From: an uncultured Gemmatimonadales bacterium | GTDB lineage: Bacteria; Gemmatimonadota; Gemmatimonadetes; Gemmatimonadales; Gemmatimonadaceae | NCBI GenBank assembly: GCA_963701965.1 | Contig: OY969695.1 | Span: 4,640,001-4,704,000 of the forward strand | DNA: 64,000 nucleotides | Direction: 5' to 3' | Part shown: positions 41,186 through 51,382 of the stretch, one piece after another | Position numbering within the stretch: the first letter of the stretch is position 1 | Layout: each line of letters starts with the position of its first letter | The notes under the pieces: generated by a model | Databases searched by the model: none | What the model was told of the DNA's origin: nothing | What the model saw: the letters and a program-made list of their open reading frames with translations, nothing else | Program-made: the position numbers and the translations under genes

Positions 41186-41239
41186 TTGACCAACTTGACC
41201 AATCGCGCCAGCCTGGGGTAGATTGGTCTACTAGACCAA
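41186..41239 (+). promoter_or_regulatory. Promoter/operator of TA module 1
   Basis: TTGACCAA twice (41186, 41195), TAGATT at 41219, perfect palindrome TTGGTCTA-C-TAGACCAA at 41223-41239. Confidence 0.75.
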
Positions 41240-41252
41240 CCGGACTGCTGCC

Positions 41253-41516
41253 ATGGCCGCTATAAATCTGTATGACGCCAAAACACATCTGTCGGCGCTC
41301 GTCGATCGCGCAGCCGAAGGCGAGGAGATTGTCATCGCCAAGGCGGGGACTCCGCGCGCGCGCCTCATGCCCTTGGAGTCCTTAAAACCCAATCGGGCTC
41401 CGGGCGGCTGGGAGGGCGCTGTTTGGATGTCTGAGGACTTCGACGCGCCTTTGCCTGCCGAGATCTTGGCGGGATTTCAGGGGGTGCCGAGGCGACGTCC
41501 GCATCGCCATAAGTGA
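41253..41516 (+). CDS. Phd/YefM family antitoxin
   Basis: INLYDAKTHLSALVDRAAEGEEIVIAKAG. Confidence 0.93.
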   Translation: MAAINLYDAKTHLSALVDRAAEGEEIVIAKAGTPRARLMPLESLKPNRAPGGWEGAVWMSEDFDAPLPAEILAGFQGVPRRRPHRHK

Positions 41517-41887
41517 AACTGCTACTCGATACCCACATCGTTCTCTGGTGGCGGTCGAATGATCGCCGCCTTTCTCGCGAGGTGCGACGCGCCATCTCGA
41601 CGGGCGACGCTGTCCTGGTGAGTAGTGCGTCGGCGTGGGAAGTAGCGATCAAGTCGGCCCTCGGCAAATTGCGGATCCCTGGCCCGTTTGAAGCGGGCGT
41701 GGACGACAGCGGGTTCACACAACTGCCGATCACATTCGCCCACGCCGCGGCGGTCGCGGTACTTCCACCCCATCACGCCGATCCATTCGACCGGATGCTG
41801 ATCGCTCAGGCCGTCGTCGAAGGATCCACGATCGTGACGGCCGACGAACAGTTCCGGGCTTACGGTATTCCAGTGCTTTGGGCCTGA
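41513..41887 (+). CDS. VapC/PIN toxin
   Basis: LLLDTH, SAWEVAIK, HADPFDRMLIAQA, TAD; overlaps the antitoxin stop. Confidence 0.95.
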   Translation: MKLLLDTHIVLWWRSNDRRLSREVRRAISTGDAVLVSSASAWEVAIKSALGKLRIPGPFEAGVDDSGFTQLPITFAHAAAVAVLPPHHADPFDRMLIAQAVVEGSTIVTADEQFRAYGIPVLWA

Positions 41888-42166
41888 CCTTCTCGGCCAA
41901 TCGCCACGCAGTTGAGCGGCTTGGCGAGCCGGCTCACGAACAGAGCCGGCCGCCACGTGACCAAGATCTCGAGAGCCGCTCGATTGGCACCAGAGGGTGC
42001 GCCAAAGTCGGCGCCGCGGCGAAGCAGGACCGAGGTGCTTCTAAGCGGGCACCAAGGGCACCCTGGCCCGTAGACGTGTCGCGGCCTGCCTGTTGTTCCC
42101 TGCACGGCAGGCGCGCTTGGCTGCGTGGGGCGCGCACTGTGGTGACGGCCGTTATACACTGGCGCC

Positions 42167-43375
42167 ATGACGACACTCGCGACTCCAACATCCGAGTTCC
42201 GCGAAGCGACGAGTGCGCCGGTCTCTCCTCCGCGCCAGCGCCTCGATTCGGTCGACCTCCTGCGCGGCGTGATCATGATCGTTATGGCGCTCGATCACAC
42301 GCGCGATTTCATCGCCGTGCCGGTCGATCCTACCGATCTCGCCCACACGACGGTCTTGCTCTTCTTCACGCGCTGGATCACGCACTTCTGCGCGCCGGTG
42401 TTCTTCTTGCTGACCGGGACCGGCGCTGCTCTCTCGCTCCGCCAGAAATCCAAACGCGAGCTGTCCCGATTCCTGGTCACGCGCGGTCTCTGGGTGATCG
42501 TCCTCGATCTCACGCTCTTCCGATGCTTCGGGTTTCAGTTCACAGTCGACTACCGCGTGACCTTGCTGAACCCCTTGTGGGCGCTCGGCTGGTCAATGGT
42601 CGTGCTGTCGGCGCTCGTCTATGTCCCCACGGCGGTGGTCAGCACTATCGGACTCGTGATGATCGCCGGTCATAATGCACTCGATCCCATTCAGTCGGCG
42701 AACCCACTCTGGGCCGTGTTGCACGCCCCCGGGTTCATTTGGAAGACATCGAGTCACGCCGTGTTCGTCGCCTACGTCCTGATTCCATGGGTCGGCGTCA
42801 CGGCTGTCGGGTACGGTCTGGGCCAGGTGTTCGCGTGGGCTGCGCCCCGGCGGCGTTCGTTCCTCCTGCGGACTGGCCTCGCGGTGACGGCCGCCTTCGT
42901 GGTCCTTCGCGCGAGCAATCGTTACGGCGACCCATCGTCCTGGACGAGGGAGAAATCGGCGGTGTTCACGGCGCTGTCATTCCTCAACACCAACAAATAC
43001 CCACCGTCCCTGCTATACCTGCTCATGACACTCGGCCCCGCACTCGTCCTCTTGTGGGCCCTGGACGGCCGAACGCCCCGCGTGTTGCGCCCCGCGCTCA
43101 TCTTCGGCCGGGTACCATTGCTCTATTACCTGGCCCACGTACCGCTGATTCATCTCGTGGCAATCCTCATCTGCTACACGCGCTACGGCCAGGTGCATTG
43201 GATGTTCGAACCGACCCTCGACAATTTCCTCATGACCACGCCGCCCGGGTGGGGATACTCCTTGCCGATCGTCTACGCGATCTGGGCCCTGGTCGTCGTC
43301 GCGCTCTACCCGCTGTGCCGGTGGTTTGCCGAAGTGAAGCAACGCCGGAACGATGCCTGGCTCGGTTATCTCTGA
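42167..43375 (+). CDS. DUF1624 / HGSNAT-like multi-TM acyltransferase family protein
   Basis: RLDSVDLLRG..MALDHTRD, RWITHFCAP, KYPPSL. Confidence 0.88.
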   Translation: MTTLATPTSEFREATSAPVSPPRQRLDSVDLLRGVIMIVMALDHTRDFIAVPVDPTDLAHTTVLLFFTRWITHFCAPVFFLLTGTGAALSLRQKSKRELSRFLVTRGLWVIVLDLTLFRCFGFQFTVDYRVTLLNPLWALGWSMVVLSALVYVPTAVVSTIGLVMIAGHNALDPIQSANPLWAVLHAPGFIWKTSSHAVFVAYVLIPWVGVTAVGYGLGQVFAWAAPRRRSFLLRTGLAVTAAFVVLRASNRYGDPSSWTREKSAVFTALSFLNTNKYPPSLLYLLMTLGPALVLLWALDGRTPRVLRPALIFGRVPLLYYLAHVPLIHLVAILICYTRYGQVHWMFEPTLDNFLMTTPPGWGYSLPIVYAIWALVVVALYPLCRWFAEVKQRRNDAWLGYL

Positions 43376-43448
43376 GCTGACGCCGCGGCGCTGGGCTGAG
43401 AGTTCCCCGCGTTGACGATGAGTCGCTCGCACAGGTGGCCGATGCCCA

Positions 43449-43712
43449 CTAACCGCGTCGGCGTGGCGCCAGCGTGTGTAGGGGTGCGTACCACGGCCCA
43501 AGGGCGCCGCATCGATCGCCTGTTGCCCGTACAGTCACCGCGTCTTTGCGACCGAGCAGGTCGAAGAGCCGGGCGAGCCCGTGCCGCTCCGTTTGGCGCA
43601 CGAGGTCCAGCTCGCCGGCGTCCAGCTTCGCGCGGTGCGCCTTGATCAGTTCGGCGTCCAGCTTGTGGAAGTATTCGTCCTCATTCCGGCTGGGCTTCTG
43701 TTCGCTCAGCAT
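43449..43712 (-). pseudogene. zf-TFIIB-type protein with the zinc ribbon deleted in frame
   Basis: KPSRNEDEYF...KLDA fused directly to GELDLVRQ; the CPKC...CxxC...WLDA segment expected in this family is absent. Confidence 0.7.
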
Positions 43713-44079
43713 ACGCGCCTCGCGGGCCGGCAGGGGATGCCACGCTGACGCATCCCCCGCGTGCCATGTTTCAACACAAACGACCGTACCGCCAAGCGGT
43801 CATAGGCGTACGCCGGACCGTTGTTGCACTGTCTTCCCGTAGACGTGGCACGGGCGAGTCGTGGCCGCGCCGGCCAGGGACAGAGGGTGTGCGTGACGAT
43901 CGCGTTCGGCCCGTGAGTGGCCAGCCGACGCTCGGATCCTCCCTATCGGACAAGCCCGTTGTCGGTGACGATCACGCTGTTGCGTGCCGTCTTTAAGGGG
44001 CCGTCACGGCTGCGCCGTCACTTCGGATGCGCGGGACGCACATGTGCGTGGTGAACTCCCGGCGGAAAACCCACGCAAC

Positions 44080-44290
44080 ATCACGTCTGCTCGGTAAGCC
44101 GTGGTTTGCCGAGGATATTCATGGCGATAGGAATCGTCGTGACTGCGCCGACGGCGACCAGTGTCCAGCCGGCCCTGCCGCGCATCGTGGCTGAGCTTAT
44201 CGCCAATCAACAGACCCAAGCCTGCACCGAGGACAATACGCGTCCCGACGATCACCATGATCTCAGGCATCGTAAAGGTTCATTCTCCCA
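44080..44290 (-). pseudogene. Small two-TM membrane protein, degraded
   Basis: MPEIMVIVGTRIVLGAGLGLLIGDKL then AGWTLVAVGAVTTIP in another frame; in-frame TGA just upstream. Confidence 0.6.
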
Positions 44291-44430
44291 ACGGACCCGC
44301 GTTCGTCGTGTTGGTGAACCTCTAGCGAAACTCATCGATGTTCGGCATCGTTACGATCGATCATCGGTGGGCGGCCGTTGCAGTGAGCATTCCGTCGGAA
44401 ACCTGGACTCGATCATCACGGACACTGCAC

Positions 44431-44904
44431 ATGCGAAATGACCTCAAGGTGGCCGTTCGGTCCCTGTCGCGCGCGAAGGGTCTGACGATCACGGTTGTCC
44501 TGACGCTCGCCCTCGGCATCGGCGCGAACGCGGCGATCTTCACGCTCGTCCACGGTGTGCGCCTTCGTCCACTCGTGAACCGGGACGAGAATCGCCTCAT
44601 CTACATTCGCCAGAGCGCCCCCGGACTCGGTACCGAAAACACCAACTTCTCCGTTCCGGAGCTCAAGGATATCGAAGCCGGCGTGCACGCGATCGACGCG
44701 TTCGGCGACTTCTCGCAGATCGACTTCGTGATGGTGGGGCTCGGCGAGCCGCGCGAAGTCCGGGCCGGCGTCGACCCGAAGATGCCGAGTCCGCCGCCGG
44801 TCGCGGCATCGGCGCTCGTTCTTCTGGCGGCGGCAGTCGCCGCGTCGGTGCTCGCCGCTCGCGCGGCGCGCGTCGACGTCATCCAGGCCTTGCACTCGGA
44901 GTAG
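44431..44904 (+). pseudogene. MacB/ADOP-type ABC permease reduced to fused N- and C-termini
   Basis: DLKVAVRSL...TLALGIGANAAIF N-terminus joined near 44770 to the ARAARVDVIQALHSE C-terminus; 157 aa versus about 800 typical. Confidence 0.8.
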
Positions 44905-44910
44905 GTCACC

Positions 44911-45630
44911 ATGAGTGGCGATCACCACGACGCCCACCCCCACGCCATGCCGTCACTGCTGTCGCTCGCGGCGGTCTACACGCTCCTAGTCATCGCGAGC
45001 GTGGCGGCGATCGCGTTCCTGCGACGCGATACCGCCCTGAGTGGCATGGTTGCGCTGAATCCATTCGGACCAGCCGAAGTCGCGCGTAACTTTTTCGCGG
45101 CGAACCCGGAAGCCATCCGCGTCAGCGCCTTCTTTTGCTTCGCCTCGGCGATCCCGTTGGCGATGTACACGGCGACCATCGTTGCCCGCCTCCAACTCCT
45201 GGGGTCTCGGCACGCCGGAGCGTACACCGCATTCGCCGGCGGATTGGTCGCGTCCGGCGGTCTGGCGGCCGCGGGCCTCTTCCTCTGGGTGTTGTCGGTT
45301 CCTGAGGCCAGTGCGTCGGTGCCCGTCGCTCGCGCGCTGCATTTCCTGGTCTTTCTCTGTGGCGGACCTGCCTTCGCGGTTGGACTGGGCCTGCTGGCTG
45401 GGGGTGTCTCGGTGTCCGGTCACTTTGCGCGCCTGTTGCCAGAGTGGGTCGTCTGGCTCGGTCTCGTGATCGCGGCCGCCGGCGCGCTGTCGGCGTTCGG
45501 CTTGCTGAGCCTACCCATGACAGTCGCCATTCCTGTCACGCGCGTCGGCGGCTTCGGCTGGCTACTCGCCGCGGGGATGTTCATACCCCCGCTTGGTATG
45601 GCGCCGCGCAAGGAACTTGGCACTACCTAG
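44911..45630 (+). CDS. Multi-TM membrane protein (DUF4386-like)
   Basis: About six hydrophobic helices, FASAIPL, GG.AF..GLGLL. Confidence 0.7.
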   Translation: MSGDHHDAHPHAMPSLLSLAAVYTLLVIASVAAIAFLRRDTALSGMVALNPFGPAEVARNFFAANPEAIRVSAFFCFASAIPLAMYTATIVARLQLLGSRHAGAYTAFAGGLVASGGLAAAGLFLWVLSVPEASASVPVARALHFLVFLCGGPAFAVGLGLLAGGVSVSGHFARLLPEWVVWLGLVIAAAGALSAFGLLSLPMTVAIPVTRVGGFGWLLAAGMFIPPLGMAPRKELGTT

Positions 45631-45743
45631 GTTCCATGTCGCGTCGAGGCGGTGCTCGTGACCAACAACGCCGCCGACTTCCGGCGTCTTCGCCGTCACA
45701 TCCGCGTGTGCGCCGTCCCGCCGTTTCCGGCCGGGGGTGGACG

Positions 45744-46331
45744 TTGGGAACGGTGATCATGCTCGTCGCGTTCATCCCACGACTACCGGTGATCGAGTAC
45801 GCGAGGCGAATCAGCCAATAACAGACACGCTGTACCTCTTTGAAAACGCGGCAGAGACGCAATGGTGTGCGCTCCGCGACGAACATCAGTGGAAGAACCA
45901 CGGTTGAGGCGCAGAGGCTCACGACCTGGGGAAAGGTGTTCTTCTCGGACGGCAATCCATTGTGGATGGACTCGGTTCAAGATGATGATCCTGGCGCGGG
46001 CGATTGGTCTATCGTCGACCATTATTATTGCGATCAAGACCTGCGTCTGACCGAGCTGGCGAGAACGATCAATGTCTTGCCGGGTGATCGATCGGTGGCG
46101 AGTGTCTATGCGATCGCCGGCGGCCGGGCGCGGCCGGTGATGACGACGACGGCTGAATTGAGAACTGGAAAGCCCGCGGTGTTACCTGATGATGGGTGGC
46201 TCCCGGACCTACCGATCGTGTCGGACGCCAAGGCGTTCCCGTTTGTCGCGCTCTTGCGACGCCCGTCCGCGCCGACCCACGCCTTGTCGTGCGTTAAGGC
46301 AAATCGAACGAAGGACCGCTCCAGCGGGTAG
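45744..46331 (+). pseudogene. Hypothetical (possibly secreted) protein, frameshifted; paralog at 54112-54566
   Basis: TLYLFENAAETQWCALRD, then WGKVFFSDG...GDWSIVDHYYCD...FPFVALL in different frames. Confidence 0.55.
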
Positions 46332-46370
46332 CCTGGTGCCGATCACAACCCGCGCTCCGGCAAGCTCAGC

Positions 46371-46618
46371 ATGGCCTATGCACAGCATTCGCGCGTGAAA
46401 CGCGAACTCGCCGGATGCGCCCGCGCCAAAGCGGGCGACGCGCAGGCCGTTGTCGCCAACGCGCTCGAGGGTGGGGTCGATGCTCTGCGTACCGGTGTCA
46501 CGCGGGGCCCGGGCGTCGCGCTGGCGAAGCGGGCGTCAAGGCAGCTCGAGGCCGCCGCCTATCGACTGCGAGAAGACGATCTCCTGGAGGCGCTGGAGGC
46601 GTTGGCCGCGAAGATTCG
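46371..46618 (+). pseudogene. Truncated copy of the small membrane-anchored protein at 54607
   Basis: Similarity to copy A' stops at AAKIR; the C-terminal TM is missing. Confidence 0.6.
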
Positions 46619-46745
46619 CTGCCACGGATGCGCAGACCCCGCAGACGCCGGCCCCCACATTGCTTGTCCGGTTATCTGGCCGCACACGACCAGCGGCTGT
46701 CCGGAGTCAGGCGTCACTCGCCGCGGCGATTGAGGATACCGACGT

Positions 46746-47998
46746 ACATGGTCAATGATGAGATTGGCGTAGTACGCACCAGACTTGATGTTGGGGGCAA
46801 GATCCGGGATGCTGTCAAAATCATCGTCCACAACGCCAATGGTGGTCATTGTGTCTCCAACGGAGCAGCCCCAGGCAAGTGGTGCGGCAACCGCGGTAGG
46901 TCCCCAATTGAGACCTGCTGCGTCAGCGGGGTTTAGAGGCCACGAGGTAAAGCCGGTACTGTCGGTCGGCCGCAAATAGTTCGACATGGGACCACCAGGC
47001 ACATCGAGCGTTACCCCGTCCACGCCTGGCTGCTGTTGCATAACAGACATTGCGTGGACGACTTCTGCGCTACTGTGACCGCCTTTTCGTACTGGAATGC
47101 GAATGTAGTAGTCCCCTACAGAACCTCCAATGACGATGCCATTGATCGCGTCGATTGCTGCCTGACGATCCTCCATTGACGCCGAGGTCTTGAACCTGAC
47201 GAGAAGCTTGTCTCGTGCATATGGCGACGCCCGACCACCGGCAAAGTGTGACGAGTCGACTGACTCCCGAATGATCGAATCAGGCGTCGAATGCGGTGGT
47301 GCTCGAGGCACGGTGAAAATCCACACGCCCCCTGCGTGTACGGTGAGCCGCAAGTTAGTAGCGGAGCGTGGAATCACGATCCGAAGTGAGCGCGATGGTG
47401 AGGTCGCACCTACGGCAAGCGCCGTAGTATCGGAACGGCTCGTCGCGTTCGACGCTGTGGTGAGGCATCTCATCGCCGCTCGACTACCCGCCTGCGTGAC
47501 GAAATCGCCGGCGTGTAGTTCGGACAGCGCAAAACGCAGCGCACTGCCGTTCGGTGAACCGGTGACGATTGCGCTGTCAGATCGGAAGGACAGGGATAGC
47601 GGTCCGTGGAGACGGAGTCGCCCTGGATTGCGAATGGCCAATGTAAGCATTAGGGTCGAGTCCTGACTCCCCCGCTGGACCCGAAGAACGACAGGGGCGA
47701 TCGGACCGCACGATTGAGTGGCGACCGGAGCTATGGACGGGCTAGCCCCACTGAGCGAGATGTCGAAAGTCGCGCACCCGTGAACAAGCTGGGGCGGCGG
47801 TACTTGAGAATCGGTCGCGGCCTGTTCTCTTGGCGCCACGAGATGTGAGAGCGAATCACTGCACGCCAAGACGCACAATAAGGCAGCTAGCATGCTCTTT
47901 CTCCGGTCCAGAAGTCCCTGCGGCGATCCGTGCATGGCGGCGTTCTCCGGTCGAAGTGCGTCGAGGCGCCGCACACCAATCGGTGGCGGCAGGCCCAC
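46746..47998 (-). pseudogene. S8 subtilase-like lipoprotein truncated at the catalytic His (copy 1)
   Basis: LLCVLAC lipobox, KLLVRFK...RQAAID prodomain, WG..AVAAPLAW...IGVVDD, then DH followed by unrelated sequence; start uncertain. Confidence 0.65.
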
Positions 47999-48113
47999 GA
48001 CGATCTCGGTCCGAAGGCAGTGCTACAAGTGTGTTATTGGGCAGACTGTAGTCAAGTACGAACGAACGTGTTGTCATGTGCCCGGCCAGGTCTGTTTCAT
48101 TGTGGCCCGTGGC
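46840..48113 (-). repeat. Copy B of a ~1.3-kb diverged duplication (copy B' at 51383-52665)
   Basis: Paralogous ORFs (PPPQLVHGCATFDISL, NPGRLRLHG, SMEDRQAAID, DVPGGPM) plus a shared upstream region. Confidence 0.92.
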
Positions 48114-48670
48114 GATAGGTACTCTAGGATCGCATTGGTGAGCGATCACCACGTTCGATACGGGATTTGCGAATCCTCAACATTGGAACCGGGGACGCGC
48201 GCATTGAGGAGAAATCGAATCGCCGTCCGGGATGCGGGGCGGTCACTACATGGGCCAACTACGACGCGGAGCGTTTCATCCAACACATTCCCAGGGTGGA
48301 AATTCGTCATCCTTGAGGCGAAAGCAGATGTACGGTATCACCTTCGTGGCCGTCGCGCGAAACCCGCAACTGGCTGCGGATGTTCTGTATCCGCGCTATG
48401 CCTCGCTCGAGGCGTTCTTGACAGGCGCCGAAGTCCGCGTCGCCTCTCATTGATCGGTCGTGGCTGGCCGGCATCCAATCGGGATCTCGCGCCACCCGGA
48501 GGTCGCGATATTCTCTGTAGGCGTTGACGTATGCCTCGGAAGCGGCAACCGCCTGGAACACCATCGCGCGCTGAGGTTGTGCTCTTTCAGGCGCGGTCCA
48601 CGGGGACTCATCGAAGCGCATGCCCGTGCGATTCGGCCGGGCCAATGACGCGCCCGCGCATGGCGTGGAC

Positions 48671-48701
48671 GTATGATACCGCTATATTGTACATATCATA
48701 C
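48671..48701 (+). promoter_or_regulatory. Operator/promoter of TA module 2
   Basis: Inverted repeat GTATGATA-N15-TATCATAC enclosing TATATT. Confidence 0.65.
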
Positions 48702-48730
48702 AGCTGGCACTGTGCCCGGGGGATTTCCGA

Positions 48731-48988
48731 ATGCCTATGCGCACCAAGTCGAAAACCAGAGCCGCGGCCGGCATCCCTCGCTTGGCTGGCACACCGGCCG
48801 GGCGCAAGAAGACCCTTCGGCTCGACCAGGACCTGTTGGACCGCGCTCGGCGTGCGCTCGGTGCTCGCACGGAAACCGACGCGGTGACAAGGGCCCTGGA
48901 AGCGGTCGTTCGCCGTGAGCAGCAAGTGCAAGGGTTGCGCACGCTGGCAGCGCTGGGACCGATCAATGCGGCGCGGATCGTCGACTGA
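48731..48988 (+). CDS. VapB-like ribbon-helix-helix antitoxin
   Basis: KKTLRLDQDLLDRARRALGARTETDAVTRAL; precedes a PIN gene. Confidence 0.8.
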   Translation: MPMRTKSKTRAAAGIPRLAGTPAGRKKTLRLDQDLLDRARRALGARTETDAVTRALEAVVRREQQVQGLRTLAALGPINAARIVD

Positions 48989-49033
48989 TGACGTGGCTGG
49001 TGGCCGTCTCTCGATCCCTCTGACCACATCGCC

Positions 49034-49459
49034 GTGCCTGCGTACGTGGCCGACACGAACCTCTATATTGCGGCCGCCAACGACAGTGCGTTCAGAGTTC
49101 GTTTCGAGCAGTTCGTCCAGAGTCACGGCCCGTTGCTCGTCAGCGTCGTGGCGGTCGCCGAGGTACTGATCGGCGTCCCGGACACTGCGCGCCATGCGGC
49201 CGTGGTTCGCGCGCTGAGCGCCGGCGCCGAGATTGTGGCGCCGACTGCCGATGACTGGGTGGTTGCCGGTGCTACCCTTGCGCGCCTCGGTGGTGAGGGC
49301 GTCACGAAGGGGCGGTCGTTCTGGAACGACGCGTTGCTGGCGGCCCAGTGCGCTCGCCTCAGGGCAGTGCTCGTGACAAACAACGCTGCCGATTTCCGGC
49401 GTCTTCGTCGCTACATCGGCGTGCGCGCTGTCCCGCCATTCCCGGCCGCTGCGCGCTGA
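49034..49459 (+). CDS. VapC/PIN toxin
   Basis: VADTN, VAEV, NDALLA, VTNNAADF. Confidence 0.9.
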   Translation: MPAYVADTNLYIAAANDSAFRVRFEQFVQSHGPLLVSVVAVAEVLIGVPDTARHAAVVRALSAGAEIVAPTADDWVVAGATLARLGGEGVTKGRSFWNDALLAAQCARLRAVLVTNNAADFRRLRRYIGVRAVPPFPAAAR

Positions 49460-49640
49460 CGCTTTCTCAAAGCAAGCTTCCCCAAGGCAAGCATCGGTAT
49501 CCTTCCTGCGACCATGCCGCCCTGATCGCTTTCCGATCTCTAGATCCAATAGCGCGACATCGTGTGCGCCAAGGGCGGAGTAGGCCATCTATGATGGCTG
49601 CGAGTTCGCCGCGATGGACCAGCATCGTGCCAAATACTGA

Positions 49641-49668
49641 GGGCCCAGCGGTGTCAGCCGCTGGGCCC
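49641..49668. terminator. Hairpin between convergent genes; near copy of the post-tRNA hairpin
   Basis: GGGCCCAGCGG-tgtcag-CCGCTGGGCCC followed by TTT. Confidence 0.7.
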
Positions 49669-49685
49669 TTTGCCGCGAAGGGGAC

Positions 49686-51107
49686 TCATTCGCCCTTGGC
49701 TGGCTGTCCTGGAGCGGGCAGGCTCGATACCGGCACCCCCGTCGGGCCGTGATCATAGTCCTGCACGCTCGAGATATTCGGCATGCCGTAGTCGCGCCCG
49801 TTCCATCCGTTGAAGCCGTCCATGTGGAACAGCCAGAGACCCGTCCGCATGTCCGAGATCGCGATCAGCCCGTCGTAGTTCCGCACATCCACCCCAAACG
49901 CTCCCTGCTCGACGCTCGGTACCATCGTGTGCCAGCCATTGCTGGGACTTCCGCCGAAGCCATCCTCGTGCTGGCATTCGCAGGTAAAGAAGTGGCCTTC
50001 GGTCTTCGGGTGTTTCGGATCCTTGAGGCTGAAGACTTGGAGTCCATCTTCATACGCTGAGACGAACACGAACGGCCAGCGCACCTCGTGATTGTGCGCG
50101 AGATCGTGCCAGTCCGCCGCCCAGGCGCTGATCGGCACGTCGATATTCTGCCGCTTGCCCCCTTGCGCCTCCGTCAGGTCCCAGATGCGCAACGGCGTGT
50201 ACTGATATTCCGTCTCCGTTACGGCGTACTTCCCATCGGGCGACGGCGTGAACGTGTGCGCGATATCTTGGCCGAAGGACGTGATCGTGAAGAGTTGCTG
50301 CGGCTTGTCGGGGTGCGTGACATCCCAGGCGGAAAAGCCGCCGAGGCCTGCCCCGTAAAACTTGTCCTGATGGGTCGCCGGATCGTACGCGATATAGAAG
50401 TCGTGATACATCCCGCCAAAGAACTGCGGATTGGGTGTCGAATTCGGCACCTCGCCGACGATCCACGTGCTCGTGTCGGCGCCGCTCAAGATCTTCGAGA
50501 GGTCCCAGATGACCGCTTTCTTGTCGCTCACGGTCGTGAAGTACAGCACGCGACCGTCCGAATGCTTGTACACGAACGTGTTGTGAAAGCCGCCGAGACC
50601 GGTCGTTTTTCCATAACGGACGCGGGCGACGATTTTCACCTTGTTCGGATCCGGCAGGCCGGTCACGTCGAAGATCACGGCGCCGAGGTCCGCATCGGGG
50701 CTGCCCTGCGCGAACTGAAACGACTGGGCGTAGTAGTAGCGATTGCCGATCTTGAAGTACTTGCCATCCAGGGCGCCCAGTCCACGATGCAGCTCGGCGT
50801 TCTCGATGGTCCAGTCGTAGATCTTCTTCGGGCTCGCGGGACTGCCGACGTCGTAGATCTGCGCGTCGAAGTTCACGAATCCCGAGATGTACGCGTACGG
50901 GCGTCCCCGATCCTGTTCGATCTCGACATTCGCCGCATTCCAGCGCGCCCCGGGATGCGTGACGATGCGCGAGAGCGCGTGAATGTTCGCGCTGCCACCA
51001 CGTTTGGCCGCTTCGTCCGGCACCATCATCCCGGGGTCCTGCGCTCGCGCGACACCGGCCGCAATGCTGAACAGGAAAACCACGCGCCACGTAGCGCCTC
51101 GCCCCAT
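49686..51107 (-). CDS. Secreted LVIVD-repeat-like beta-propeller protein
   Basis: Signal peptide (ARA-Q); repeated I/V-x-DV...P blades; FHN, YHD, AHT, AHNH histidines. Confidence 0.75.
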   Translation of the reverse strand: MGRGATWRVVFLFSIAAGVARAQDPGMMVPDEAAKRGGSANIHALSRIVTHPGARWNAANVEIEQDRGRPYAYISGFVNFDAQIYDVGSPASPKKIYDWTIENAELHRGLGALDGKYFKIGNRYYYAQSFQFAQGSPDADLGAVIFDVTGLPDPNKVKIVARVRYGKTTGLGGFHNTFVYKHSDGRVLYFTTVSDKKAVIWDLSKILSGADTSTWIVGEVPNSTPNPQFFGGMYHDFYIAYDPATHQDKFYGAGLGGFSAWDVTHPDKPQQLFTITSFGQDIAHTFTPSPDGKYAVTETEYQYTPLRIWDLTEAQGGKRQNIDVPISAWAADWHDLAHNHEVRWPFVFVSAYEDGLQVFSLKDPKHPKTEGHFFTCECQHEDGFGGSPSNGWHTMVPSVEQGAFGVDVRNYDGLIAISDMRTGLWLFHMDGFNGWNGRDYGMPNISSVQDYDHGPTGVPVSSLPAPGQPAKGE

Positions 51108-51382
51108 CGTATCCTCGCCAGGTCAGGTTTCGGGGAAAGGTGGGCAACGGCCGCGATTCCGGCTAGTCTCCACGCGAGCCAAGGGTGATTGTCCTTGGAA
51201 GTGGACACGACAGTGACCAACGCGGACCGACGATGCCCGTGGGGATTGATCTCGCGGTGCTGGTCTTACTCGCAGCCAGCGCATGTTCGCCGGACTATCG
51301 CGGCGACACGGTCAGTCTCGAGACCACTCCGTTCGCCATTGCCGACCAGACGGTGCGATTGACGGCATCGTCCGGCATTCCA

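Larger units (their letters stand above)
45644..46618 (+). repeat. Copy A of a ~1-kb diverged duplication (copy A' at 54012-54855)
   Basis: Collinear similarity covering a PIN 3' fragment, a hypothetical gene and a small membrane-anchored gene. Confidence 0.92.

Noticed and set aside
48010..48030. CIRCE-like half-site TAGCACT in the conserved upstream element
   Set aside because: The second half-site is absent at 9-nt spacing.
48120..48660. Possible ORFs 48232-48453 and 48307-48645
   Set aside because: No recognisable motifs or consistent codon bias; probably degraded sequence.
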